Origin: Macrostomum lignano | Lineage: Eukaryota | Assembly (NCBI GenBank): GCA_002269645.1 | Contig: NIVC01000805.1 | Coordinates: 35,258-99,257 of the forward strand | Direction: 5' to 3' | Length of the DNA stretch: 64,000 bases | In this document: positions 1 through 11,715 of the stretch, piece after piece | Layout: every line of letters starts with the position of its first letter | Numbering within the stretch: position 1 is the first letter of the stretch | Notes under the pieces: model-generated | The model's database searches: none | Seen by the model: only the letters and a program-made list of their open reading frames with translations | What the model was told of the DNA's origin: nothing | Made by a program: the position numbers and the translations under genes

Positions 1-591
1 GTAGCTGTCGTCAATCTTAGTGGTGCGGTGTATGAAGCTATCATAGCTGATAGTTTCAATGATCTAGATATTCAATTTGGCTTCATTGACGGTAATCAAG
101 ACAAATTGTGCACCTTTCACGACCGAAACCTATTTTCGCTTTCTAAGAATGATTTGAGTTCTGATGGCATTGTAAGCACTTCCTGCTCTTTTGAACCTAA
201 GTCACCCGACGCTAATGGATTTCTTGTACTAGCTGGAAAAAATATTCACATTTCTCGTGATAGCAATATCAGTATACTGTGCAGAATCAGCTGTCAATTG
301 CTAAGCGTGTATTCCACAATTCGGACTGTTCCTGACCAATTTAACCTAAATGGCCTGGCTGTTGACAGCAGGAGTGTGAGGTTCTTTAGTAGTACTGTTT
401 ACCATACGGTAACTGTTTTGGATTGTTTTGCTAATGTTCTGCAGACTCTTGGATCCGTTAGCAAGCCTGGAACTGACGAAGAGTCTTTCAATTCGCCTGG
501 TGCGCTTTGCATTGCAGAGCTGGCAGACAGCAGGCGCCTGATTGTTTCTGATGAGAATAATCGACGGCTACGAGTGTACGAAGTCCTGTGA
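1..591 (+). CDS. 3' part of an NHL-repeat (beta-propeller) protein; frame open from the window edge
   Basis: Stop-free from base 1 to TGA at 589-591. C-terminus TVTVLD..LQTLGS..PG..EESFNSPGALCI..LIVSDENNRRLRVY matches the NHL repeat pattern (F..P.G.....VSD..N.R..V). Confidence 0.55.
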   Translation, partial: VAVVNLSGAVYEAIIADSFNDLDIQFGFIDGNQDKLCTFHDRNLFSLSKNDLSSDGIVSTSCSFEPKSPDANGFLVLAGKNIHISRDSNISILCRISCQLLSVYSTIRTVPDQFNLNGLAVDSRSVRFFSSTVYHTVTVLDCFANVLQTLGSVSKPGTDEESFNSPGALCIAELADSRRLIVSDENNRRLRVYEVL

Positions 592-846
592 AGAATTTCT
601 GAATCTCTCGATGTTTCACGGTCTTTTGTTGCAATTTGTGTATAATTTGACACTAGCTAAGAGCCTACTTGTGTTTGTGAAGCAATGATTGTTGGCCGCT
701 GTGGGCGCCCATTAGCATTAAAGTGACAACCTAGCGGTATACTGTATACATAAAATCGGAAGTGTGGCAATTTAAAATAGCTAACTAACATTCCATAAAG
801 TCTCGAGTAAGATTATAAGGAATGCAAATGCGCGACACTAGTCCAT

Positions 847-930
847 TAATATCCATGCTTTAAGGGCGTTAATGGGAAAATCAGAGGGCGCCTCTGATTT
901 CGCATTAACGCCCGCAAAGCATGGGTATTA
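847..930. repeat. 84-bp near-perfect hairpin (41-bp arms, 3-nt loop)
   Basis: taatatccatgctttaagggcgttaatgggaaaatcagagg-gcg-cctctgattttcgcattaacgcccgcaaagcatgggtatta; about 4 mismatches between the arms. Confidence 0.85.
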
Positions 931-2634
931 CTATTATTGTACCATAGACATTTGTGTCCTTGGCAAAGTGGGACAGAATAATCGGGCGTTAAATGTCATT
1001 AACTGCCCGCTAATTTGCATTAAAGTAAGTTTAAAGCATTAAAGTCCTGCAAGCGGGCTTAAATGTAGTCTATGGCAAGAATAAGTGCCCAGCGGGCACA
1101 AAGGTCATTGTACAATACTACTGTCATATGCGTGGAATTTAGTAGCTTTTAACCATGAATGTTAAACAATTATCGTGAAAAGCATTTGCTTTGGCGTCTA
1201 ATTTACATAACTTTTTAATTGAAGTTATAAAACTTATATTCTACAAAAATTAACGTGTTTAAAAGCACAACTCTGAACATTCCACTTCACCGCGATGTCA
1301 ATCTGTTTTTTCATTAAAATAACAAACTTTTAATTAATTGCTGTGCCCTTATACGGGTAGTTTTTCTACATGATGATAGTAACATTACTAGCTTATTCTA
1401 AACTTCCGTACGCGTATGAGGCTTAAGCTACAAGATTCAACTTAATTTTTGGAGTTGGGCACTGCATGTGTGTAACTATATAGCCAATTATTGTTTTATT
1501 TTTTTAGAAGCTAACCACATTATTCTTTCAAATTTTTGCTTCGTTCAAAATAATTATCTGCGTTCGCTATTTTAATTATTATTAAATAAAATATATTTAA
1601 ATGACTAAATCCGTGTTAATTTCCTAGCTATCTATTTGCTGACACCAAATAACTATATCCAAGTTGACAACTGGACTTTATCGATCATAGTGTTAATTAT
1701 CTGGCCTCTAAGGGTCAAATCCGTGTTAAAGTGTCGTTACGAGCTAAACTTTAGGTCCAACCCCGAGGCACACTGGCACAATGAAGTGTACATATCTAAC
1801 AGTTGGAAATCCAGAGCCGCTGTGCATCCTGTGTGAGCATGTGTATGTCATGAGTGCGTGCCTTCGCAAAGTACTGGCGCGCTTTGTATGTGTTCACCCT
1901 GTAATTGGACACCCTGACTCTTACTCCGACGAGTAAGACTGACTCTCGTATTGCTTTGGCAATTTTCGGCAAAAACCAAAACTATTTGCACAATTGGAAT
2001 GATCTTTCTTAATTCTTTCTCAAGCTCTCATATTTTAGAGGAGTTTGTTGAGTATGGCTTTAAATACTCGTATCTGGGCGACTGGCTGTAGTTCAGAATT
2101 CTCAATTTTTGTACATAAGAAGAAAAAGCCCTTAGTAGCGTATTTCCAAAGAGTATTCAAATCAGAGTCTTAGGGATTTTTTCTGATAAAAATTGCAAGA
2201 TCGACTCTTCCAAAGCCCCCTTTTCAAACTAACTTAATTGGTCAATTGGTTTCTGACTTTGACCCTAGCTTTACAGTAAGTTTTGTACGATCTCTATTAA
2301 AGAGCCACTAATGGAAATTTCCAGACTACTTGAAGTAAACAGCCTGTTTGACCTTGCGTCCAAGTCTGGTTGACTATTTTTGCGCATAAAGTGGTTTGTA
2401 AAGATTTTTAAAGATATAAAGATTTCGTTGGTCTTTGGAGGCAGATCAAAGCTCGTAAAATGATGGCTTAGCAATTTGCAGGCTATAGGGTCATAGAACA
2501 AAACTTTCTCTTCATTTCAGTTTAGCCTAAAATTTATGTGAACCTGTGTTCATAAACATTTTCATATGCTATTTAACAAGTTAGGTTTGAAAGCAAAATT
2601 TCAAAGCTGTGCATGTAGATGTAGCAAATTCAAA

Positions 2635-2779
2635 ATGAACGACCGTTTGATTTTATTATTCGCTGTCTTAATCGCCGGATGTCTGGTCTGGCCTAGCGGC
2701 ACTGCTCAGCTACATTTGACACCAACTCAGAGGCCGAATTTTATAATCATCTTGACAGATGATCAAGACAGCTTGTTGG
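2635..2779 (+). CDS. Sulf1: Extracellular sulfatase Sulf, exon 1 (signal peptide, RPNFIIILTDDQD)
   Basis: Hydrophobic signal peptide MNDRLILLFAVLIAG followed by the sulfatase N-terminal motif; donor G|GTGAGT, phase 1. Confidence 0.9.
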
Positions 2780-2822
2780 GTGAGTGAAGAAAGACGGAAT
2801 TCATTATTTGAGAATTCAGTAG

Positions 2823-3780
2823 GTTCACCTAGCCCTGAGAATCTCCCCCGATAATCTTAACTACCCTTGAGAATCTCCCCCGATAATCTCGCCTACCCCT
2901 GAGAATCTCTCCCCCAATAATCTCACCTACCCATGAGAATCTCCCCCGATAATCTACCCCTGAGAATCTCCTCCGATAACCTCGCCTACCCCTGAGAATC
3001 TCTCCCCCAATAATCTCACCTACCCATGAGAATCTCCCCCGATAATCTACCCCTGAGAATCTCCTCCGATAACCTCGCCTACCCCTGAGAATCTCTCCCC
3101 CGATAATCTCACCTACCCATGAGAATCTCCTCGCCTGATAATCTACCCCTGAGAATCTCCCCTGATAATCTCATCTACCCCTGAGAATCTCTCCCCTGAT
3201 AATCTCATCTACCCCTGAGAATCTCTCCCCCGATTATCTCACCTACCCCTGAGAATCTCCCCCGATAATCTACCCCTGAGAATCTCCTCCGATAACCTCG
3301 CCTACCCCTGAGAATCTCCCCCGATAATCTCACCTACCCATGAGAATCTCCTCGCCCGATAATCTACCCCTGAGAATCTCTCCCCCGATAATCTCATCTA
3401 CCCCTGAGAATCTCCCCCGATAATCTCATCTACCCCTGAGAATCTCCCCCGATAATCTCATCTACCCCTGAGAATCTCCCCCGATAATCTCATCTACCCC
3501 TGAGAATCTCCCCCGATAATCTCACCTACACGGACTACTTAATTGTAATCCGTGCTCACCTACCCCTGAGAATCTCTCCTCCAATAATCTCACCTGGGAA
3601 TCTCCCCTGATAATCTCTCCCCCAATAATGTAACCTATCGCTGAGAATCCCTCTTGATTATCTCATCTACCCCCGAGAATCTTCCCCGTTTATCTCACCT
3701 ACCCCTGAGAATCTCTCCCCCGATTATCACACCTACATTTGAAAGTCTCGGCCCCTGATCTCACTTGCCACTGAGAATTG
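2823..3780. repeat. about 30-34-bp minisatellite (ctacccctgagaatctcccccgataatctcac) in Sulf intron 1
   Basis: About 25-30 tandem copies with length variants, decaying toward the 3' end. Related gagaatctc motifs recur at about 4570-4900. Confidence 0.9.
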
Positions 3781-3941
3781 CCGCAATCTTAAGAGCTTTG
3801 ATAGTATCATTGGCAGTACAGAATGTATAAGGACATTTAGTGTCAGTTATAATATAGAAAACTTTCCAATGTCGCTAATATACTTTAAGGAGAATCAAAT
3901 AATTGGGTCTTGACGAGTTTAGATTTGTTAAACTTTAACAG

Positions 3942-4206
3942 GCAGCCTCGAGGTGATGCCCCATCTGAAGCGACACCTCACCGACAGAGGTGTCAACATG
4001 CAGCGAGCATTCGTCACCACTCCAGTGTGCTGTCCATCCCGATCCTCCATGCTCACTGGCCAGTACGTGCACAACCATCGCGTGTTCACCAACAATGAGA
4101 ACTGCACCTCGGCGACTTGGCGTCGACAGCACGAACCCGTGACCTTTGGCAAACAGTTAAATGACGCCGGTTATCGAACTGCGTATATTGGAAAATACCT
4201 GAACAA
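3942..4206 (+). CDS. Sulf1: Sulf exon 2, catalytic formylglycine motif [15 protein letters not shown]
   Basis: Acceptor ttaacag|; CxPSR sulfatase signature; [12 protein letters not shown] and [12 protein letters not shown] blocks typical of SULF1/2; donor AA|GTGCGT. Confidence 0.95.
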
Positions 4207-4975
4207 GTGCGTTCAATATTAACAGCTGAAGGTTTGTAGGCACCCTGGCGCAACGCCTTTTGCCTATTCTGCTGAATCCTGAGCACATTTAAGTGTCCCC
4301 AATACTGTACGCGGGCACACACGCGGGCACACAATGAATGTGGCGCGAGAGTCAGCACCCAACAAGTTCGTTTTGATTTTTAGCCATTTGTGTACTGTCT
4401 GAATGTGTTTAATGAAACACGCAATTGCTTCTACTTTTAGTAGTTAAAAACATATTTGCTAGAATTTTAATATAATATTATTTAAAACATCCATCCTCCA
4501 TTTTGGCGATTCTTAACTTAACCAGAGGTAAGAAACTTGGTCTGACTTTTTGCCTCGACAATCTTTGGTTTGAGAATTTCATTCTTGAAAATCTGATAAT
4601 TTTCTTTTGTCGTTGAGTATCTGAATTATCTCAGAATTTCAAGATGATACATTTCACCTCGGATAATCTCAAACATCTATCATGATAACTCTCATAGAGA
4701 TTTCACTCCTAATTATCTCATTCGGGAATACTGCCGTGGTCTGCAGGAATTTCATCCTTGCCAATCTAAGAATCTCACCTCAGCGGCGATTTTAACCCTT
4801 AGAATCTCGTCTTGTGAATCTCAACCCTGAGAATCTCAACCCTGAGAATCTCAACCGTGAGAATTTCACTATGATAATCTTTAACCCTAACGAATCTCAC
4901 AGCAGAGATTTGCATATTTTTCGCTTATTACATGTAGCTGTTTCAGCACCTGAGCATCGCCCAAATCCCGCGCAG

Positions 4976-5868
4976 ATACGACGGCACCTACGTACCACCT
5001 GGCTGGGACCGCTGGCTCGGCCAGGTGAAAAACACCAAATTCTACAACTACTCGGTTAACGAAGACGGCCAATTGAGTTGGCACGGCGCTAACTATTCGC
5101 GAGACTACTTCACCGACATCGTCACTAATCGATCGCTGGACATCCTGCGCGAATGGACGTCCGGCGGTGACGAAGCCGGAGATCAACAAGCTCCGTTCCT
5201 CCTGGTGATGAGCTACCCAGCGCCTCACGGGCCAGAGGATGCGGCACCGCAGCATCAGTCTTTGTTCGCAAACGATCACCGGCACAAGACCGCCAGTTAC
5301 AACCGAGCTCCCAGCCCGGACAAAGAGTGGCTGCTGAGGCGAGCGCAACCTCTGACACCGTTGCACCAACGTTTCACAGACACGCTTCAGCGAAAGCGTC
5401 TGCAAACTCTGCAGAGCGTCGACGAAGGCCTCCGACGCCTGTCGGATTGGCTCGACTCGGAAAGTTCGTCGGAAATTTCTAACAACACGTTCGTGTTTTA
5501 CACCTCGGATCACGGCTACCACCTGGGCCAGTTCGGCCTGCTCAAGGGTAAATCGACTCCGTACGAATTCGACATTCGAGTGCCCTTGATAGTGCGAGGA
5601 CCGGGCGTGCCCGCCGGGGCGGTTCTCCGACAGCCGGTGTTGAACATCGACTTGGCGCCGACTCTGCTCGATCTGGCCGGAGTGGCGCCCGCCAGACCGA
5701 TGGACGGCGCCTCTTATGCGCCTCTGTTGTTGCAGTCAAAGAACAGTAGCGGCAGCAGCAACAGTTCAACGCCTTGGAGGCGGAGCTTCCTAGTGGAGCG
5801 CGGACGCATGACGTTTCGAAAGCTGAACCTCAGGAGGGAGCTCGAGGCAGTTAGGAATTTTGGGAAAG
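4976..5868 (+). CDS. Sulf1: Sulf exon 3
   Basis: Acceptor cgcag|; YDGTYVPPGW, PAPHGPED, RKRLQTLQSVD, YTSDHGYHLGQFGLLKGKSTPYEFDIRVP, WRRSFLVERG; donor AAG|GTTTGT. Confidence 0.95.
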
Positions 5869-6049
5869 GTTTGTTCGGGTGGGATGGTTTTGGCTGTAGT
5901 GAGCTCGATTGTCCGTCTAAATCATGGTCGCCTAAAATACCACGGAGATCCCGATGATACCGATGACTCCAGGTGATCCTAGATCAGGAATCAGCAAACT
6001 CTCGGGTCCTTTGAAACTTCACAATAGCAATCCGGCCCGGTCAAAGTTT

Positions 6050-6220
6050 GTGTCTCTTCTCAGCTCTCTTCTCTCTTACCTCCTTCCTACTCTCTTTTCT
6101 TTTCTCTATACTCTTCTATCCATTCTCTCCTCTCGTCTCTTCTCTTCTCCTTTATTCCCTCACACCTCCTTTCTCTAATCTCTCTTCTCTCTTCTCTATT
6201 CCCTCTCCTCTCTCCCCCTC
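6050..6220. repeat. CT-rich low-complexity tract
   Basis: Pyrimidine-only ctct/ttct runs. Confidence 0.8.
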
Positions 6221-6721
6221 CTCTGGCCTGCAGTCATGCGCTAGGTTCTTGACTTAGCTACAGGGGGCTCCGTGAGTCCGGAAACAGCGAGGAGGCGTTG
6301 CCGCCCATTTCGCTACCCCAGGCAACCACGGGCAGCTAGTGCTGCGGTGTCGCGCAGGGAGTCTCGTTGGTGCCGGTGTCCGCAGCGCCTTCTCCCTCCG
6401 GAGAGTCCAGGAGGTGGATGGTCACTCACCCGGTAGCCCTTAGGTAGCGGAGGAGCTGGCAGAGATTCTCGGGCCTGAAAAAGTCGGAGAGGTCCGGGTT
6501 TGGGCCGAGGTGGGTGAGCCTGTCCTGAGTAAAAGCGGGGCATTCACGGATGAAGTGCTCCGCATTCTCGACACCGGAGAGGCAGAATGGGCATTCCTCA
6601 CTGCGGATTTTTCCCTGGAGGTGACGATGCCTGGCAAAACAGCCACGACCCGAGAGGGCCGTGATCATGCGCTAAGTTCTCTATCTGGCCATTGAGGCAA
6701 AAAAAGGTTTGCCGACCCCTG
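6221..6721 (-). mobile_element. hAT (Charlie-like) MITE end fragment interrupted by a LINE insertion
   Basis: Minus strand starts CAGGGGTCGGCAAACC, a Charlie-type TIR, preceded by atctaggg (close to the nTCTAGAn target). Removing the nested insert restores GGCCAGATAG...TGCAGGCCA, resembling MER58-type ends (recalled from memory, not searched). Confidence 0.5.
6250..6664 (-). mobile_element. 5'-truncated non-LTR retrotransposon (ORF2 C-terminal CCHC finger plus 3' UTR)
   Basis: LSGRGCFARH..EECPFC..ENAEHFIRECP is the LINE ORF2 C-terminal CxxC..HxxxxC motif. Flanked by 16-bp direct repeats tcatgcgcta(g/a)gttct at 6234-6249 and 6665-6680 (TSD). Confidence 0.8.
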
Positions 6722-6983
6722 CCCTAGATGGTCTAGGTAGGTGACCGCATATCATCCATCCTAGGACCTCCATGATGCAGGAGACTCCAGACGATCGTCA
6801 GATGATTTAGGTAACCCAGATAACTCTCAAAGATCGCTGTGACCTTAGCTGACCTCAACAGCCTCAAATAACGCTAATGATTCCCTGTTGTCCCAAAATA
6901 TCTATGTTGCATGCAATTTATATTTGCCTAGCGATCTTCATGTACTATAACTCTCTGCTCCCATCCATATAAACCGAACACAG

Positions 6984-7288
6984 ACGAGCGTCTCTGCAAT
7001 CAGCGCCACATTCGCGCCGCCCTGTCCTGCAGCCGCGGCGACAAATTCCATTGCGTCCCCAGCAACCGACTGGCAGGAAGGTACGAACGAGTGAAGTGCC
7101 CCGGCAAGGCGGCGTGTCGCTGCAGGCGGTCGGTGGTGCTGCCGATATCCCAGTACGTGTGGAAGCACTGCTGGCGGTTGCAGGGCCGAACTCGCAGACG
7201 GTTCCGTTCTACTCGAAGCATCGTCGAACCAGAAGAAGACGAATATGACGCGGAAGACGTAGCATTCACTCGGGACATTGACGATGAT
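6984..7288 (+). CDS. Sulf1: Sulf exon 4 (start of the hydrophilic domain, Cys-rich)
   Basis: Acceptor acacag| phase 1 gives DERLCNQRH..SCSRGDKFHCV..VKC..CRC; donor GAT|GTAAGT. Confidence 0.85.
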
Positions 7289-7771
7289 GTAAGTAAGCTT
7301 GGTTCAGACCACTCGCTCTTCTTTTAAGGAGGCCGGTTGTGTTTAACCTACGACTCGGTGAGGATGCTGTGGCCTGCCGACTGGAGTCGCCGACGATGCA
7401 TTAGGTTGCTTGGACAGACCAGGTCTCAAAGGTTTGGTACTGAAGACATCGGCCCCATACTCAAGCAACATAGACTTTTTAGACAGAGACATTTATGAAT
7501 CCTTAATTAATGAATCTAAATGAATGTCACCCTATTGAAAAGCCGATCTTTCTCCGCTAGTGTCGACGTTGACTTCTCAGATGTTCTTTCAATCGGTCAT
7601 GCTTATGTAATTCAAACCTAGAAAATCCTAGTAGGAGGTCGGAGCCCGAGCATCATCTTGCAATTTCATTTTTTCATTGTTTAAATTAAAACACTGATAT
7701 TTCTACTATAAGTATTGATATGTAACTTCGGTAGAATTTTACTTGCACGAAAAAACAAACAATTTCTCCAG

Positions 7772-8449
7772 TCGTCCTACTTCAATGGCAACGACATTGA
7801 CAGTGACTACGATGAAGGCGATGACTACGATGACATCGAGTGCGAGTACAGCAGCCTGAGCGACTTGCTTCGCGATCGTCGGATGATGCGGCTGACCCAG
7901 CGCAGGCTGGACGCTGTGCAGGCCAGGCTGAACCAAATTCGAAAGGCCATGCGACGGAATAAAAACACGCTGATGAGGCTTCTAGGAGGCTGCGCCTGCT
8001 CCAGAGACCGGTTCAGCGTCAGGGTCGACGAACTTCCCCCGGGGCGTCGAAGACTTGCCGACCTTCTACTGTCCACCAGTTTGCGGAAGCGTCGACTGAG
8101 GCGTCGGAAACGGAAGGGCGGCGAGTGCAACCTGCGGTTTATGAGCTGCTTCTTCCACGACAAGTCGCACTGGAAGACGCCGCCCTATTGGAACGACTCG
8201 TCGATTTGTTTCTGCGGCAACGCTAATAATTTCACTTACTGGTGCCTGCGAACTGTGGATTCAACTGAAGAGTCTCTCTACTGCGAGTTCATCACCGGGT
8301 TTATTTCTTATTACAACATTACCGCTGATCCTCATCAGCTGGTCAACCTGGCGGCGGAGTTGCCGTTCCAGAGGCGACTCGAACTGCAGGCCAAACTCAA
8401 TCGGCTGAAGAGCTGCCGCGGCGCGACCTGCAGCACTGCTGGGGCTTGA
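7772..8449 (+). CDS. Sulf1: Sulf terminal exon (basic cluster and C-terminal domain)
   Basis: Acceptor ttctccag|; RKRRLRRRKRK basic cluster; SCFFHDKSHWKTPPYW, NNFTYWCLRTV, YCEFITGFISYYNITADPHQLVN are the SULF C-terminal blocks. Confidence 0.95.
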   Translation, partial: SSYFNGNDIDSDYDEGDDYDDIECEYSSLSDLLRDRRMMRLTQRRLDAVQARLNQIRKAMRRNKNTLMRLLGGCACSRDRFSVRVDELPPGRRRLADLLLSTSLRKRRLRRRKRKGGECNLRFMSCFFHDKSHWKTPPYWNDSSICFCGNANNFTYWCLRTVDSTEESLYCEFITGFISYYNITADPHQLVNLAAELPFQRRLELQAKLNRLKSCRGATCSTAGA

Positions 8450-9039
8450 TGGTTTCTTAGAAACGCTTGATCTTACGCTCGTATTATCGATCGCGTGATT
8501 GCGAATAATTAAAACAAAATTCATTTTTTGATCAGAATGCAAAGCCTTTTATTATCGGACCTAAATCTATGTTGATTCTAAATGACGTACATCATTATGT
8601 TAATTTTAATTTTTACTGCCTATATGGAAGACGCAATATTTCGATTTGCACTCATGTAGTTCAAAACCGCACTCATTTAACTAATGAAATGTCACTATGA
8701 ATTGATTCCGATTTAAAATATGATTTAATTAAAAAATTGCGTACTGCACACTTAACAACCTATTCTATATCGCGACCCATTCAGTATTTAATCGAATAAA
8801 ACAAATCTGTGTTCATCGAATTTCCAATTTCACAGATGCGTCATCAGGTTGAAAATAACCTGAAAACCCATAACTGCTTTTTAACGGTTTTATTTAGAGA
8901 AAAATATATTTAACTACAAATATGTTTTACTATTAATTTCAGTAGCATTATTTGAACAATATAATTTTTTTAAGTAGAACAAAACAACACATGTTTGCAT
9001 GCAAATGCGACTTTCAATTGTTTATTCATAATTTTGGCC

Positions 9040-9425
9040 CTGTTACACCTTGGCGCTCTGTGACACCTTGGCGCCCTGTGACACCTTGGCGCCCTGTGAC
9101 ACCTCGGCGCCCTGTGACACCTTGGCGCCCTGGGACACCTTGCCGCCCTGTGACACCTTGGCGCCCTGTGACACCTTGGCGCCCTGTGACACCTTGGCGC
9201 CCTGTGACACCTTGGCGCTCTGTGACACCTTGGCGCTCTGTGACACCTTGCCGCCCTGTGACACCTTGGCGCCCTGTGACACCTTGGCGCCCTGTGACAC
9301 CTTGCCGCCCTGTGACACCTTGCCGCCCTGTGACACCTTGGCGCCCTGTGACACCTTGGTACTCTGTGACACCTTGGCGCTCTGTGACACCTTGGCGCTC
9401 TGTGACACCTTGGTGCCCTCTGATA
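9040..9425. repeat. 18-bp minisatellite (ctgtgacaccttggcgcc)
   Basis: About 21 tandem copies. Confidence 0.95.
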
Positions 9426-10261
9426 CCTACGAGTATTTTAGCACCATCTGACTCATATTTTAGCGCCGTTAGACACTATTAGCGCCACCTGATACCGGTT
9501 TTAGTGTCCTATAACACCTTGATTCCCTCTGACACCTCTCTCCGGAACCTTTCTTGGCGCTATGGTTTTTGTTCTGATATTGGTTTGACTTGCTCTATGA
9601 TCCTTCTACGAAACAACATGATAGAATAGCAACCTATTTACAAGACTTTACTGATGTGCAACCAAGTAAACAGCAGATGCTTGGGGTAGTGCTACAGTCT
9701 GGTCTCTGGATCAAGAGTGACTGACTATGCTTTAATTACAAATTAAATGCCTTTGCAGAGTTTCTGTCCTTGGATACACGCGCCTGAAGTTCGGTGAAAG
9801 CGCATCCATCAATTTAAATAGAATTGTTGGGAGAATCCACTTCAAGTCTTTTGATCGAATGAGAGCTTTTTAGGGGTGTGTATAATATATAAAGGAGGAA
9901 TGAAAGTTGAAAGAGCTTCATATAGAAAAAGATTGACTCACTACTTTAACTCATTTCTCTCACTAAACTATACTCAACAGGCACTTGGGCGCGTGTGATA
10001 TGCGATTTGAATAGAAATAGAATAGAATAAGCGCATGATGGTTAAGTGAGTCTATGGGGATGAATGCTGGTCCTTCTTATAATATAGGCCCGGAGTCACT
10101 GTTGGTTGTTTGTCAAGTGTCCACTAGTAGAGCCAGCTGGTGTGGGAAGCGGCTACCCTCAACCCCGACTTTTCCCAAGACTGCTAATGTATATAGAGTC
10201 AGTGTCTGGATTGGAAACACGGACAGCGAGACAAATATTCTCAAAAATCCTCCCTTCTGCA

Positions 10262-10470
10262 CAAGGCTCACGGGGGACATTGCTGAGATGTCAAGGCTCA
10301 CAGGGGACATTGCTGAGATGTCAAGGCTCACAGGGGACATTGCTGAGATGTCAAGGCTCACAGGGGACATTGCTGAGATGTCAAGGCTCACAGGGGACAT
10401 TGCTGAGATGTCAAGGCTCACAGGGGACATTGCTGAGATGTCAAGGCTCACGGGGGACATTGCTGAAATG
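10262..10470. repeat. 30-bp minisatellite (tcaaggctcacaggggacattgctgagatg)
   Basis: About 7 near-identical copies. Confidence 0.95.
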
Positions 10471-11436
10471 CCGTGGCTCATTCAAGAGGTTGCTCAGATG
10501 CTTTGAGTTGTAGGCATGATTTTTAGAAGTTACCCACTGACTGGCTTGGCATAGTAGACTTCTAAATATTTGCTATCCTCATCTTGTTTCCATTCCGAAT
10601 CGCTGATACTGTAGTAGTCCATGAATGCTCCACCGGTAGCTACCCAGCCAAGCCGTCACTTCGATTAGCAAATCAATTTATTCTAGCCTACACGTGCCAA
10701 CACAAATGCCAATTGAATTTCAGTGCTGTATTTTATATATATTAATGCCTTATTTTCGTATATGGCAACAATAACCAAGTGGATCTCCGTGAGAGAAAGT
10801 GGCTGAAATCTTATTGAAACGCATATATTAACTGTGTATGTATATGCGATCGGATAGGAGGATGTCCACGCCACCTGGTTCTGAAGCTGCCTTACATAGA
10901 GAATTATAACAAAATATGATAATAAGCGACAGCCGCGTATGTGTAGAGAAGGATTGAAGCGATTGAGGTGTGAATGATGTAGCATTGGAGAGTCTGGCAT
11001 GGGTGACCCTTGACTGACTATAGCCTGGCTTGTGGGTATCATCTGTCACCCCTAGCAGCGGGTGGTCTGGGCCCCTTGTGACTTGGGATTCGTTTTCAAT
11101 TAACCTGAGCTTTTTTTGCTATTCTCATCTTTTTATCCTCTGATTTTTATCCAATCTGAATTTATTGATTTAATTGGTATTGAATTTGGGTAATCTGCCG
11201 CTGTGCTGTAGTGCGCCGTATTTGAAAAAAGTGTCAAACTTGTTAGCGATACTTGAGAACGCCACTCAGCTCTATCCGACAACCGGTTGTGGGTAGCTTT
11301 TTCTGCTCGTCTCCATGGGTCAGCCAGATGATTCCAAATCGACTGCTTTGTGAAGATTTCGTAATACATGGAAGCGGCTTTTTCTAAGTTAATAACAATT
11401 TAAGGTCTCTGAAAGTTAAACTTTCACTTTAAAATA

Positions 11437-11437
<1 letters not shown>

Positions 11438-11481
<44 letters not shown>

Positions 11482-11483
11482 CT

Positions 11484-11514
<31 letters not shown>

Positions 11515-11543
11515 GGTTAGTTAGTTAGTTAGTTAGTTAGTCT

Positions 11544-11582
<39 letters not shown>

Positions 11583-11608
11583 GTTAGTTAGTTAGTTAGT
11601 TAGTTAGT

Positions 11609-11645
<37 letters not shown>

Positions 11646-11647
11646 CT

Positions 11648-11705
<58 letters not shown>

Positions 11706-11715
11706 CTGTTAGTTA
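11438..11715. repeat. (TTAG)n microsatellite
   Basis: Direct reading, with occasional tctg interruptions. Confidence 0.95.

Noticed and set aside
6250-6425. HDV-like ribozyme in the LINE 3' UTR (GCCTCCTCGCTG and GCTAAG on the minus strand)
   Set aside because: The P3 partner, the P1 pairing, the GG of P1.1 and the P2 partner cannot be formed in the required order.
11438-11715. Telomere-like repeat
   Set aside because: The unit is TTAG, not TTAGG or TTAGGG, and it is interstitial; treated as a simple microsatellite.
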